A DNA stretch of 64,000 bases, from NCBI GenBank assembly GCA_028534125.1, contig CM052817.1, forward strand, positions 46,688,001 through 46,752,000, given 5' to 3'. The DNA comes from Lama glama (lineage: Eukaryota). The notes beneath the pieces are model-generated. The model was not told the origin of the DNA. It saw only the letters and a program-made list of their open reading frames with translations, and made no database searches. Position numbers and translations under genes: made by a program. Of this stretch, positions 53,001 to 64,000 are shown one piece after another. How positions within the stretch are numbered: position 1 is the first letter of the stretch; every line of letters starts with the position of its first letter.

Positions 53001-56000
53001 TTATCTTCGTCTCTAGATTGGTGGGGTAATGTGAGTGAAGACTTTGTCCTGAGAACTAATTAAGCCTAGCTTTGAATTTCATCTGTGCTGTATTATCTTA
53101 GGAAAGTGACTTATTATAATTCAGTGACATTAAAATATTTATTAATTGTATCTTTCAATAAAACTTACTGAGAGCTTAATCTATATCAGCACTATACTAA
53201 ATTTGAAAGATCAATAGGGATGGTATAGGATTAAATTAAAAGAAACAAAGTATGCAATCAACCTGACATGGTATCTAACATGTAATAATAATATGCTAAC
53301 ATGTAATAATAGTTTACTAATAATAATTTACTGCTACTAATAATAAGAATGCTAATCACCACATGAAATGTTAATCTAATGCCACATGCAAATGCTTATC
53401 ACACACGGAAAGCCAATATATGACTGGAATCTACTCAAGGGAAGAAACTGTGTCTTGTTCATTGCTGTTATTCCAAGCACTGATAGCTAGAAGAGTGCTA
53501 ACATGTGTAAGCTGAACAATAAATATTTACTGAATAATGTGGCTCTATTTAATCAGGACATTAATCTATCATCTTATTGAGCTATTTCTATTCGAGACCT
53601 ACTATTTCCTGCTCTGTGAACCATTGCTATATTTTGTTTGCTCGTAAACTACTCCTTACCTTTCAAAGGGCATCTGCAGTTTCTATATCCCAAGATTTGA
53701 CATTTTTCCTCCCAGTCTTAAGAGATCAATTTTTTAAACTTCACTCAAATACAGGCCTCTTCATTTCATCAATTATTTTATCTCATTTTCTCCAGTCTTT
53801 TGTGATAGAGAGTGATTATAAATACATAATTTATTTTCATGATTAAAAGTTCCATGATGGGTGGTCTATATATTGCCTTACATATTTACTAAATGATCAA
53901 GAAAAAATAGCCAATAAGCAAAATACTTACTCATTTTGGAATCCATACTCTCCAAGTTTTTCAAAAAGTTCACAGTTTTGTTTGACTAAATTCTGAGGTT
54001 CATCTGCAAGATGCTGGAGTTTATCAAACTGAAAAATGAAAGAATTGTGTTTACAGCATTCTATCAGAGGAACAGATGGAGGTTGTTTTTCACCCTCTTC
54101 GGCAGAATAAGATCCTTCCTTCTTTCTGCCCAAAGCCACGTAAATACACTTTTGATGCCAAATCTATTATAGTACATTTAAACCATTTATTTGGCAAGAC
54201 TGCATAGGATAAGTGACTAAGAACAGTCAGACTCTGGAGTGTGACTACCAGTGTTTGAGCCAGGCCACCTCACTCACTTTCTAGCTGTGCAGCTTTACTC
54301 CACATCTCCATGCTTTGGAACCCTCACCTCTAAAATGGAGATGATGGTGGTCCTCATTTCAGAGAATTGCTGTGTAAACTACATGAGCTAATGGAATTAA
54401 AACAGAGCCTGGAACATAGTAAAAAGCTCAGTAAACAATGGGTATGAATGTAAGCATCAATATTATTCAGCCATCTCTCCAGTTGCATCCTGAGCTTTCT
54501 AAGAGATTTTACCTTGGTCATTGGTTTCTGTGTGGCACCTGGCATATAACAGGTTCCTGGTAGAGGGAAAAATGACTTCCCTCTGATTCTTCAATTTGAA
54601 AACCACTATATGTGCTAGGAATGCTAAATATCTTAAAACATATTAAAATCTTATTTTAACATAGCTAAACATCTTAAAAGTCTCCAAAACTTTTCAGTTT
54701 TCCTCTCCTTACTTAATTTCCTATAAAACCATTCCTAAACCTTCTCAAAAAGATTTGAAAATATTCTGAATTAATAGATTTCACAATCTTCCTTAAGATG
54801 CTAATTCTTGATACTTGACAAAATGTGGAACCAAGGTTAACTTTCTTTATATCTAAGTTAAATTTCTTTTAATTAACATTTGACTTTACCTTATTTTGTT
54901 CTCAGCAGTGTAAGAAAAGAAAAAAGCATGTTCAAGATTTTGTGAAATTAGAGATTGCTCTCTTTAGATCTTTCTTTTCTATTTAAGGCTATGATTCCTG
55001 TAATGTTTAAAAGCACAGAATCTGAACCATCTCAAGAAAAGACCTAAATTGCACTATATAACATTTTATGTTCTTGCATTATTTTTCTTTCCTGTTATTG
55101 GAATCATCAGTCAAAGAGTTACATTTTTTTTTCCTTCAGGAAACTTACCACGGTAGCATAGCAGGCATGAGGATCATCTTTGGCACAGCAGTCCTCCAGT
55201 GTGGCTTCATACTCCTTGGCAATTCTCAGCATCAATGAGACAGCATACTCAGGGTGCCTTCTTGCGTATTCATGCAAAAACCTAATTAAGATGAAGATAA
55301 AATAGATTTAGTTGGACAAATGAGCAAGAAAAACCACATAACTAACCACAAAAGTAACTCATATTCTAAAGGTCTGAATTTGACTAAACCCCATGCAGTG
55401 AAGCTTAGTGGCTAAGGACTTGGGAGGTTCAGAGTTAAATCTAACAAATCCTGGCTCTGTCATTTATTTTACTATATGACCTCAGGCAACTTATTAAAAC
55501 TATCAGAGCCTTTGTTTTCCCCTCTGTGGAATGGGGATAATAATAGTATCTATATCATAAGGTGAGTTGGGAGAAATACATGACATAATCTCTGCAAAAC
55601 ACACGCTGTCTGGCACCTATTAAACGTTTGATGAATGACACCTATTACTATAAGGTATATTTTGCTTGATTTGGACTACACCTCAAAAAGGCTCTGACAG
55701 ATAAATAGAGATATATTCTAAAATTTTTTTCCTCTCTGTATGAGTAAAATCTTGATGGGTACATAGTTTTATGAAATATTATTCAGTGCAAAAATACTAT
55801 TATAATTGAGCAATAAAATGCAAAGTGTATTCACCATGCTTACTGACTTTATATAATCATTGATTCTGTCATTTAATTATATGCTGCCTTGCCATGTACT
55901 GGCCCTCTGGTATGTTTAACCAAATGTAAAGCACCTGGTAATAGATTTCATACTTCTCTTCATAGTTCTTTGCTGCTATCAGATAGATACATAGATAGGT

Positions 56001-59000
56001 AGATAAATACAGAAACAAAGATGTATTACATATATTCACACATATGTATTATAAGTTCAAGAAATACTCTTTGAATGAATGCATGAATGACTAATGTATA
56101 TAATTTACATTATAATTTACATTATAATTTACACAAAATATTTCTACAGGTATTTTCAGAAATATCTCTAAGACGTAAGGTGTAGGGTGGGGGAGTAAAA
56201 ATAGACTTTTATTATTACTTTGTACTCTTCTCTATTGATTAAGCATTTGCTGTGAGCATGTATCATTTTATAGTTTTTAAAAACTAATTAATGTTTTCCA
56301 AAAATGTTTAAAGGCTAGGAGAAGAAAGAATAAAGAAACATTGTAGGCAACATGAAAATTGTAGCAATTCCAAAGGAAAGTTTAAAACAATTTCCTAAAT
56401 CTCGAGACCATGTAAAACTATGAAAGGATCATTCCTTATCCACTTACATGCCCAGGAAGACATCTTTTTCCTCCTTGTAGTGTTTGCAAACGTCCTTATC
56501 TTCAGCAAACTGATCAGTTATTGCAGGCAGGTTTTCTGGTATCTCATCTCTTTCTGCCTCATGAATGCAGTGGGATTTTTCCAATAGAGGTTTCTCACAG
56601 CATTCCTTCAGTTTAGAGGAGATTGTTTCTTGATTGTCACAAAAATACTTGGCAAGATCCGCCTACAAGCAAGTTGATGGACATCATTCAATGTAAATTG
56701 ACATCAATACACTTTCTCCCCAGACTTTTATTATGTTGGTAGGATATGTTCATTGTATTCTAACACCATACATGTACCAACTTGCGTTCTGTGAACATTT
56801 TCTGTCTGTGCTGCTAAGCCTGGAGATTCAGGTACAACTGTTAAAATATTTCCACTTGATTAAAAAATCTACTTAGAATAGGTGCTCATTTAATTTTATA
56901 TTTCTACTGTTAAAGCATTTACATTTTAAATTAAAATTCAGTACTGTTTTACCAAATATTCACCCAAAATTAAGTGCAGGCATTTTGAAGTCAAAAGACT
57001 AAATAAAATGTTAAGAGATTTTTGAAAAATTAGTCAAGAGCATAGTCACAGACCCTACTTACACATGTAGAATAGCTGCCTTAAATTTTCCAGAAAGTGT
57101 CCTGAGAGATTAGAATCCTGGTATTTGGTCATAATTTTCAGTTTGAGGAAAACAGATAGCATACTAAATATTTGTATTTTTAACATGCAGAGTTAATTAA
57201 GAGAGAATATAGAGAAAAATTATATAATTTCCAAAGTTCTCTTCAGAATTTAGCCTTTTTCCAACTCCTCCCACCTCCTCAAAATAATCTTCTTAGAAAT
57301 TTACCTTTGTAACTGTCTTATTTCAGTTTTAAGATTTTGTTCTCACTTAGAATATGACTAAAAGACATCATAAATTAGTAAATGAGTTTATCAAATCATT
57401 TAATGAGTAGGATATCAGATTTTTTAAAAAAGTGTCACAAGGCAGGGAGAGCACTGAGCAGATTAGAGCATAGAGGACAATCTCAACCCACTCTCAGTTG
57501 TTATGATGCTGAACAAATTGATTCTACCAACTTGAGCATGTAAGTCACCAGAAAGCACACTGAGGATTCTTTACCCTGTCATCTGCACACTCAAGCAGGT
57601 CACCGTGGCAGCACTCCTTGTGGATTTTTGTAAGATCTGTCACTATCTTGGAAATCTCTGCAAAATCAGCCTTGGGAAATTTCTGGCTCAGGTGACCTAC
57701 TGACCTGAAAAGAAAATTCTCCTATCAAAATATTATTAACATAATATTTTGTGTTAATATTTTTATGTGAAACATAATATTTTGTGGCAACATTTTATGT
57801 GAAAGCAGTAGGAAAATACTACATATAACAAGAAAATTTAGGACAAAATAATGGAGAAATAATCTGTAAAATTCATTAGTTCTTATTTCAATGCTACTTC
57901 TCAACCAAATCATTATCTTAGACGAAATGTTTCCTTTGGGCAGAATTATCCATTGTAAGAATGTGTATGGTGGTCAGAAATCCAGTGATTCATAAAAGCA
58001 GAAATCAAAGAGGGATTTCAAAACAGGCTACCTGCTGAGAGGCATCAGGTTTGGAGCACAGGACTGACTTCCAGATCTGGCTTTATAGCTTATTAATAGT
58101 GTGACCCTAGGCAAGTGTGATCTTAGCCTCTCTGAGCGTTAGCCTCTACAGAGTCACAACAGCATGCCAAACCAAAGAATGTTGTGAGAATTAAATTAGA
58201 TAATGCATATGAACCCATTTTATGAACTGGGAGGTTCATGAACCATACAAGCTCCAGTTATCTTTTTCTTTTCTTAACTAAAACACATTCTTCCTGATTT
58301 CTAAAGGTCTCTGAGAAAAGAAATTTCATAACTTCTACAAAATTAGAGTTTTGATTAAGCACACTTTTACCAAGAAATTGACTTAGCACAGTCTCTAAGC
58401 TCGATGACAAGATATAAAAGGCTAATATACACGTTTTCCCAAGTCATTTCAGAGTTGCCTAAATCTGATAAAAGTTAACTTCTTTCCCCAAAGCAATCAT
58501 AGCCTGTTTAACTGTATACCATTTTATGTTAAGGTTTATTGATTTGGTTGCTTTTGGTAGTGTAGATGGTAGGGATGACAGTCAAGATAGTTCAAGTGAT
58601 AGTTCCCAGAAGCTTGCAAAATATCTATTCTTTTCATTCTATTTCCTGTTTGTGTTGATTCATTGTTGACTAGAAAGTGAGGGATTGGGGGTGGACAGAG
58701 GGGTGAGTTCCTTGGCTCAGATATTGAAGGATACTTCTAGAACTAGCTAATAATACAACAACAGAAGCCCAGGTAAAAACAAGAGATTGAGAGCAGAAAT
58801 GGTGCTACAAAAAAGTGAGAAGAAATCTTGATGGCTGAAATTAATTATCAGAACATAAAAAGATAAACAGACACTTTCAGATAATTGGTTGGGGGTGAAG
58901 GAGAGATAAAATTAAATAAAAGATCCTGACTACAGCTCTATAAAAGTAGTAGACCATTATACTAAGATCTCAATCACTATAAACACATGAAAGTTTAAAC

Positions 59001-62000
59001 ACCTGTCCTGGGAGAACAAAAAAGATGTCCTCTAAATTTTTCGACTACTTAGAAAACATGTGATAAAAAGTGACAATTTGTCATTGATGCTCTGGTTTTC
59101 ATCTGTCAAATTTCTACCTTTTGGACAACCCAAAAGATGTATATAAAAGCACTGTGTAAAATGACACACAAATATACAATTTTGTCAACTGAATCATCAT
59201 TTACATCATTATAAAGAAGTAAATTAAGTTAAAATACCATGCTTTGAGAGCTCTATCTCCGAATTTTTGGATACTGGTACACCTGAGTCTCTGTCTGGCA
59301 GATGAAGTCAATATCCTTTCTCTTAAAGCATCAATCTGCAAAAAGAAATAATTTTGAAAAAGTTAGAAAAGAAAAACTCTCCAAAGAACACCCCTTCATT
59401 AGCTCAGATGAGACTATGGCAAAGCAAATTTGAAAGAGGTAACTTACACCTAAATTCCCAAGTAGTCACTGCTGGCAGATAATTATTTTGCTGTGTAGGA
59501 AGAGGAAAAGTCAGTCTGGTCATAGTGGAAACTTTTAGGTAGTTAAGAACCACCATAGAGGCATTGCCAGGGAAAAGGGAACTAAAAGGAAAAGTGGAAA
59601 CAGAGCACACTAATATCCCAGGGAATAGAATTTTGCTGACTTCTTAATTTTGCATACAATCTATTTTCATCCCTCCTTTACCAACTCTCATAATATCCAT
59701 AAACTCCCTAGAAAAGATAACACAGTACATAATAAATAAATATTTATGGAATGAATAAATAAACCCAGGCTTCTAGATGCAGTTATATTCTCCCCCACTT
59801 TGAATTCCCTACCCAGTAAAAAAAAGTCTCATGAAAAGAGGAACAAAAACTGTGCCTCTTGGCTGTGCAATTTTACAAATGAGTTTCATTATTTCATTAT
59901 AGCAACTACCACCATAAAAAGAGGTGGGATATTTAGACACATACACAGTGATTTCCTCTACCAGATCCACTTCGGCAAATCTTAGAAGGAGGAAGGTGGA
60001 AGTCATAACCTTCAAAAAAGGTGAAAGATCATTAGGGGAGAAAAAAGGGAGGAAGGCTTTTCTGACCATGTAAAGAAGTTTCTCTCAGAGGCTTAGGTTT
60101 CCTAAATCTAGCCTTAAGATGCCCCAAAGCTAAGGATTGATTATCAATTTGTTCTTTTATTCTTCTCTGGGGAATACCTTTGGTAATAGGCAGGCAGCTT
60201 TATCAGCTTCTTTGCAGCATTCTTCAAAAACGTGTTTATATTGGTGAGCATAGTAAAGGAGTTCTGGGGCATAAAAGTAAGGATGTCTTCTGGCAATTTC
60301 ATATAGGTATCTAAATTTTTAAACAGAAAAACAGACAGTCATTTTTCTATAGCAGACAATATTACAGGAACATTTGTAATTAACATTCTCCCCAGAGCCT
60401 CCAAAACCCAAAGACATCTAATTCACCAACTGAGTGCAATTTGTACATGATGACCTTGCATTTGTCATTCTTTAAGTCTGTGAAAAGGTTAAATTTATAA
60501 CCACACATGCATAAAATAGTTAAATTTCTGTGATATGCTATTGACTAAGATGAAATAAATTCTGAGAATACTAAATATATATCTTTATAACATTTTAATA
60601 GATGCCAACTTCACATATTTTCATACAGATCATATCCTGTTTCAATCAACTCCTAAAGATCTTTGATGGACTTTTTTCATTGTGTAGAATTTTATAATAT
60701 CAGATATTATTTCTTTGAAAATTTTGAACATTGTCATTAGAACAAAACCTTCATCTTAACATTGATAATATTTTTTGTAATAGTCATTGTTATAACGAGT
60801 CTTGATCTATTCCTTAATTTTTAATTTTGAAGCACAAAAATCAGATTACTTACTTTCCTCCAAACCTCTTTTCATTTTCCTGGAAGGCTGTGCACAAAGC
60901 TTCGGGTTCTGGCTTCAGTTTAGGGAGGTCTGGGTTATCATTTTTGTGTTGCAGAAAGCACTCATTTCTCTCTGCCTCTTGTTTCTCACAGCAGTCAGCC
61001 ATCTCACCATAGGTCTCACGGAGAGATGCAACCGTACACAGTTTATTTCCAAAGAGAGTATGCTAAATGGAAGAGAGCAGGATTCACATTGCTGGGCAGC
61101 ATTTTATTTTCCTTATACCCAAAAAACAGTACTAAAAAATTCATATCCTAGTAAACTTTGGTTAGGAAATCATATAAAAATTCACTTTCTTTCCTCAGGT
61201 TTAGAGAGTTTCCCTTGATTTGACCATCTATGGGTAATTTTCACAAGAATTAACTTGACACTATTACTTACAGTGAACAAAACAGAAGGGCAAGAAGACA
61301 ATCAATGGCTTTAAGGAATAAACATAACTCCTATTTCTACCTGAGACTAAAGGCTAGGAAAGTGATCACTATAATAAAAAGTCAAGGAAAAATAATCCTC
61401 TAAGTAATAGATGAATTCACATTAGGGAGGAAAGTGTTCAGATAGTGTCTTGTTTGAGCTGCTGCTTCTTAAGAGGTCCAACTTTTTAGTAAAGACCATT
61501 CAAAACTGAGGAGTAACACTATCTACTGTGTATTAAGTTTTAATTAATTAAACATTAAAATACAGGTTTTTTACTTCTAGAAATACTTGACTCAAAGCAC
61601 ATTCCATTAAATGAATCCTTTCTGCCCGTTAATTTATATTATGAAAGTAATTGTAACTTCAGGGGAAATATTCTACTCAAGACAGAATTTATTAATTTTT
61701 TTAAAAGCATTTTTTAAAAATTCATATTTAGAGCCATATTATTGTGCAGAGTTAAAGAACTGATTCTGCCTTGAGGCAGAAGTACATATAGAGAGAAATA
61801 AGAAGAAAGGCTTCAGTGATAAATAAAAAATTGCCCTGTCCCCAGAAAGGTATAGATTAAGTGGTGAGAGAAACATAAAGCTCTATCCTTGTATTGAAGA
61901 TCTCTCTGAAAATACCTTAAGTTCAAAGTCCTAATTTTTTTATTGTATGTAAAACATGAATATTCCTAAATGAGGAAAACATGCTATACTATTATTTTAC

Positions 62001-63541
62001 CCAGGTAACAAAATCAGCACAGAAATCAGTTGAGTACTTTCTGAAGATAAAAACTATGCCATCATTAGTAGCCTCTATGAAAAGAAATCTAACTTCAAAT
62101 TTTAAAAAGAGATTTCTACAAATGAAAAACTTCCATTTAAATATACTATGACTCTTGTGCGTGTTCTCACTAAAGAAATGTTTTAAAACTGTGGGTATAG
62201 CTAGGACATCTCTACTAGAGAAGAAACAATAGCTGCACCCACTTTTGAATGTTGCTTACAAATACAGCCATTTAGTAATACTTGAGAAAACTAAAATGTT
62301 TTTTTTTCATTTTAAACATTCAGGATTCCTTAAAAGAAGAAGAAATACTATTCAAAATCAGAATATACTTACAAGTGACTTGTCACAATCTGCAGCTGAC
62401 TCATCAGCAACACATGTTTTTGCAAACTCAGTTACTTCATTCACTAATTTTACATGATCGTCAAATGGGCACTGCTGGAGATACTGAGAAAAGGCAATCA
62501 GCACCCTGAAACAAGGGACATAGAAAAGGGTAGCATAACAAAATTTTAACAGACAGTAGGTAGCAGTGCTAGAAAACAAACTGTGCATCTGTATATGTTC
62601 CCTGTTTTACACATCTTTTTTACTATTATCCAGAAAGCCTGTTCACACCAGCTGTTATCGGAGGTCTAACCAGGTATATGTGGCTTTCTAAGCAAAGAGG
62701 ATGTATATTTCCACCATGTCTAAATATATGTTTGTGCATGTCAGTAGATACATACACACAGAGCAGGCAAGCAAAATGCATTGTAAATTGACCTAATTGT
62801 TAAGACTGGGGCATTACATCGGCCCCTTAACTATTTATTTGTTTGTTTGTTTGTTTTAATGGAGGTACTGGGGATTGAATCCAGGACCTCCTGCATGCTA
62901 AGCACAGTCTACCACTGAGCTATACCCTGCCGGCCCTTTAACTATTTAAAACAAAACAAAAATCACATGCACATACCTCATTTAATCAGGCTGTAGGATA
63001 AGACAGATCTTGAAAAATAAGCTATTTTCTCACTTTTTAACTAGATTAAAAAATATTAAAATGGTCTCAAGAAACACCAGAACGATTTGCTAGGTAAAGG
63101 AATGTAGTAAGCGAGTTGTTAAAGGAATCATACAGTAAAATCTTTTCCACCATGCAGGTTATATAAGAGCTGCAGAGCTACACTGTCCAATATGGTTGCC
63201 ATTAGCCACAAGTGACAATATATATTTAAATAAATTAAAATTAAACACTGTTTAACTTTTTGATCCTCAGTTGCACTTGCCATATTTAAAGTACTCAATA
63301 GCCACACGTAGCCAGTGACAACCATATTAGGCAACACCAATATAGAATATTTCCATCAATGCAGATAATTCTATTGGACAGTACTGTTCTAGAATCTCTG
63401 ATGACAGGGGAATATAAGGACTTCAGAATAATGACCGACACTATTAGAAACATTAAATTTGATTCTTCAATATTTTAACTTACAGGCCTTTGAAATCATC
63501 TTCTCCCAAATCTTTAAACCGATGAGCAATCTCACTCTTGT
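50019..63541 (-). CDS. ALB: Serum albumin, coding exons 2-14 (exon 1 outside the window); 607 aa precursor predicted
   Basis: Exon lengths 58+133+209+133+98+130+215+133+98+139+224+133+42 = 1745 nt (1824 with the usual 79-nt exon 1); open frame [42 protein letters not shown]...[13 protein letters not shown]; Cys34 and the albumin CC pattern are intact. Confidence 0.97.
50656..50788 (-). CDS. ALB: ALB exon 13
   Basis: 133 nt; [44 protein letters not shown]. Confidence 0.96.
51976..52199 (-). CDS. ALB: ALB exon 12
   Basis: 224 nt; [74 protein letters not shown]. Confidence 0.96.
52743..52881 (-). CDS. ALB: ALB exon 11
   Basis: 139 nt; [46 protein letters not shown]. Confidence 0.96.
53931..54028 (-). 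CDS. ALB: ALB exon 10
   Basis: 98 nt; [32 protein letters not shown]. Confidence 0.96.
55149..55281 (-). CDS. ALB: ALB exon 9
   Basis: 133 nt; [44 protein letters not shown]. Confidence 0.96.
56448..56662 (-). CDS. ALB: ALB exon 8
   Basis: 215 nt; [71 protein letters not shown]. Confidence 0.96.
57575..57704 (-). CDS. ALB: ALB exon 7
   Basis: 130 nt; [43 protein letters not shown]. Confidence 0.96.
59238..59335 (-). CDS. ALB: ALB exon 6
   Basis: 98 nt; [32 protein letters not shown](W). Confidence 0.96.
60178..60310 (-). CDS. ALB: ALB exon 5
   Basis: 133 nt; [44 protein letters not shown]. Confidence 0.96.
60854..61062 (-). CDS. ALB: ALB exon 4
   Basis: 209 nt; [69 protein letters not shown]. 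Confidence 0.96.
62373..62505 (-). CDS. ALB: ALB exon 3
   Basis: 133 nt; [44 protein letters not shown]. Confidence 0.97.
62838..62930 (-). mobile_element. tRNA-Ala-derived SINE (camelid Vic-1-type) in ALB intron 2
   Basis: Minus strand GGGTATAGCTCAGTGGTAGA...TTAGCATGCAGGAGGTCCTGGATTCAATCCCCAGTACCTCCA plus (AAAC)n tail; 18-bp TSD 62820-62837 / 62931-62948 with one mismatch. Confidence 0.88.
63172..63392. mobile_element. MER3-like hAT-Charlie MITE in ALB intron 2
   Basis: Inverted ends CAGAGCTACACTGTCCAATA / TATTGGACAGTACTGTTCTAG. Confidence 0.82.
63484..63541 (-). CDS. ALB: ALB exon 2
   Basis: 58 nt; [19 protein letters not shown]. Confidence 0.96.
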
Positions 63542-64000
63542 CTGGGGAGGGGAAAAAAGGAGACAAAAAAAATAAAAAGATTTGCTTAAATTGTGAAGAA
63601 ACAACTGTTTAAGATATTATTTTTTTCTGTTTCTCTCCATTTGACTTAGGTATTCATTTGTTTCAAGATATTGGGCTCTGATCTCTACAGAAAATCTTAG
63701 GATGGTGGTGAATTATTTCTTCTGCATTTAAACAGAAGAGTTATTTAATCACCAATGATGCTATTTGAAAAAAAGTCATTAAAATCATTAAATATTTATA
63801 GCTTTATATTCAAACTCAGATAAAAGCTAATGCTCTTGTAGTGTCTATTAATAGCTACTGGGAGGACAGTTCGAAGTGAAAAAGAGAAATACAAGTTCTA
63901 GTAATAACATTAACAATGCAGGTTTTGTTTTGTTTTGTTTTGTTTTTGTAAATTAAGGTACAGTGGACAGGCCTTTGGGAATTTGAAGTTTTGAATTCTA

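Noticed and set aside
56099..56133. 12-bp unit TATAATTTACAT repeated about 3 times (also a 16-bp duplication near 53275-53311)
   Set aside because: Ordinary intronic slippage duplications; not a CRISPR-like or functional array.
62855..62930. Possible functional tRNA-Ala gene
   Set aside because: TSD, A-rich tail, a deletion after the D-arm and an imperfect acceptor stem indicate a retroposed SINE copy.

Overview
Mammalian genomic DNA, almost certainly a camelid (alpaca/llama-like by albumin sequence and a tRNA-Ala-derived Vic-1-type SINE). It covers the albumin gene cluster, with all three genes on the minus strand in the canonical order. ALB has exons 2-15 present (exon 1 lies beyond 64000; 607 aa predicted). 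AFP is complete with 15 exons and 610 aa, and has a 500-N assembly gap in intron 11. AFM/afamin has exons 1-7 present and continues below position 1. All exons were placed by GT-AG boundaries and frame continuity. Liver promoter elements (TATA, HNF1, LRH-1) and the AFP upstream enhancer are recognisable. The rest is intron/intergenic DNA with L1, L2, MIR, MaLR/ERVL LTRs, Tigger/hAT MITEs and microsatellites. Main observations: (1) the albumin encodes His at human position 218, the substitution that causes familial dysalbuminemic hyperthyroxinemia, within a remodelled drug site I; (2) the AFP distal HNF1 site is near-consensus and lacks the NF1 half-site, resembling the human hereditary-persistence-of-AFP allele; (3) the AFP enhancer AT-motif lies inside an L2 relic; (4) one old MaLR LTR is anomalously CpG-rich. 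Comparisons with human and cow sequences are from memory and need alignment to confirm. Most ORFs in the supplied track are spurious.
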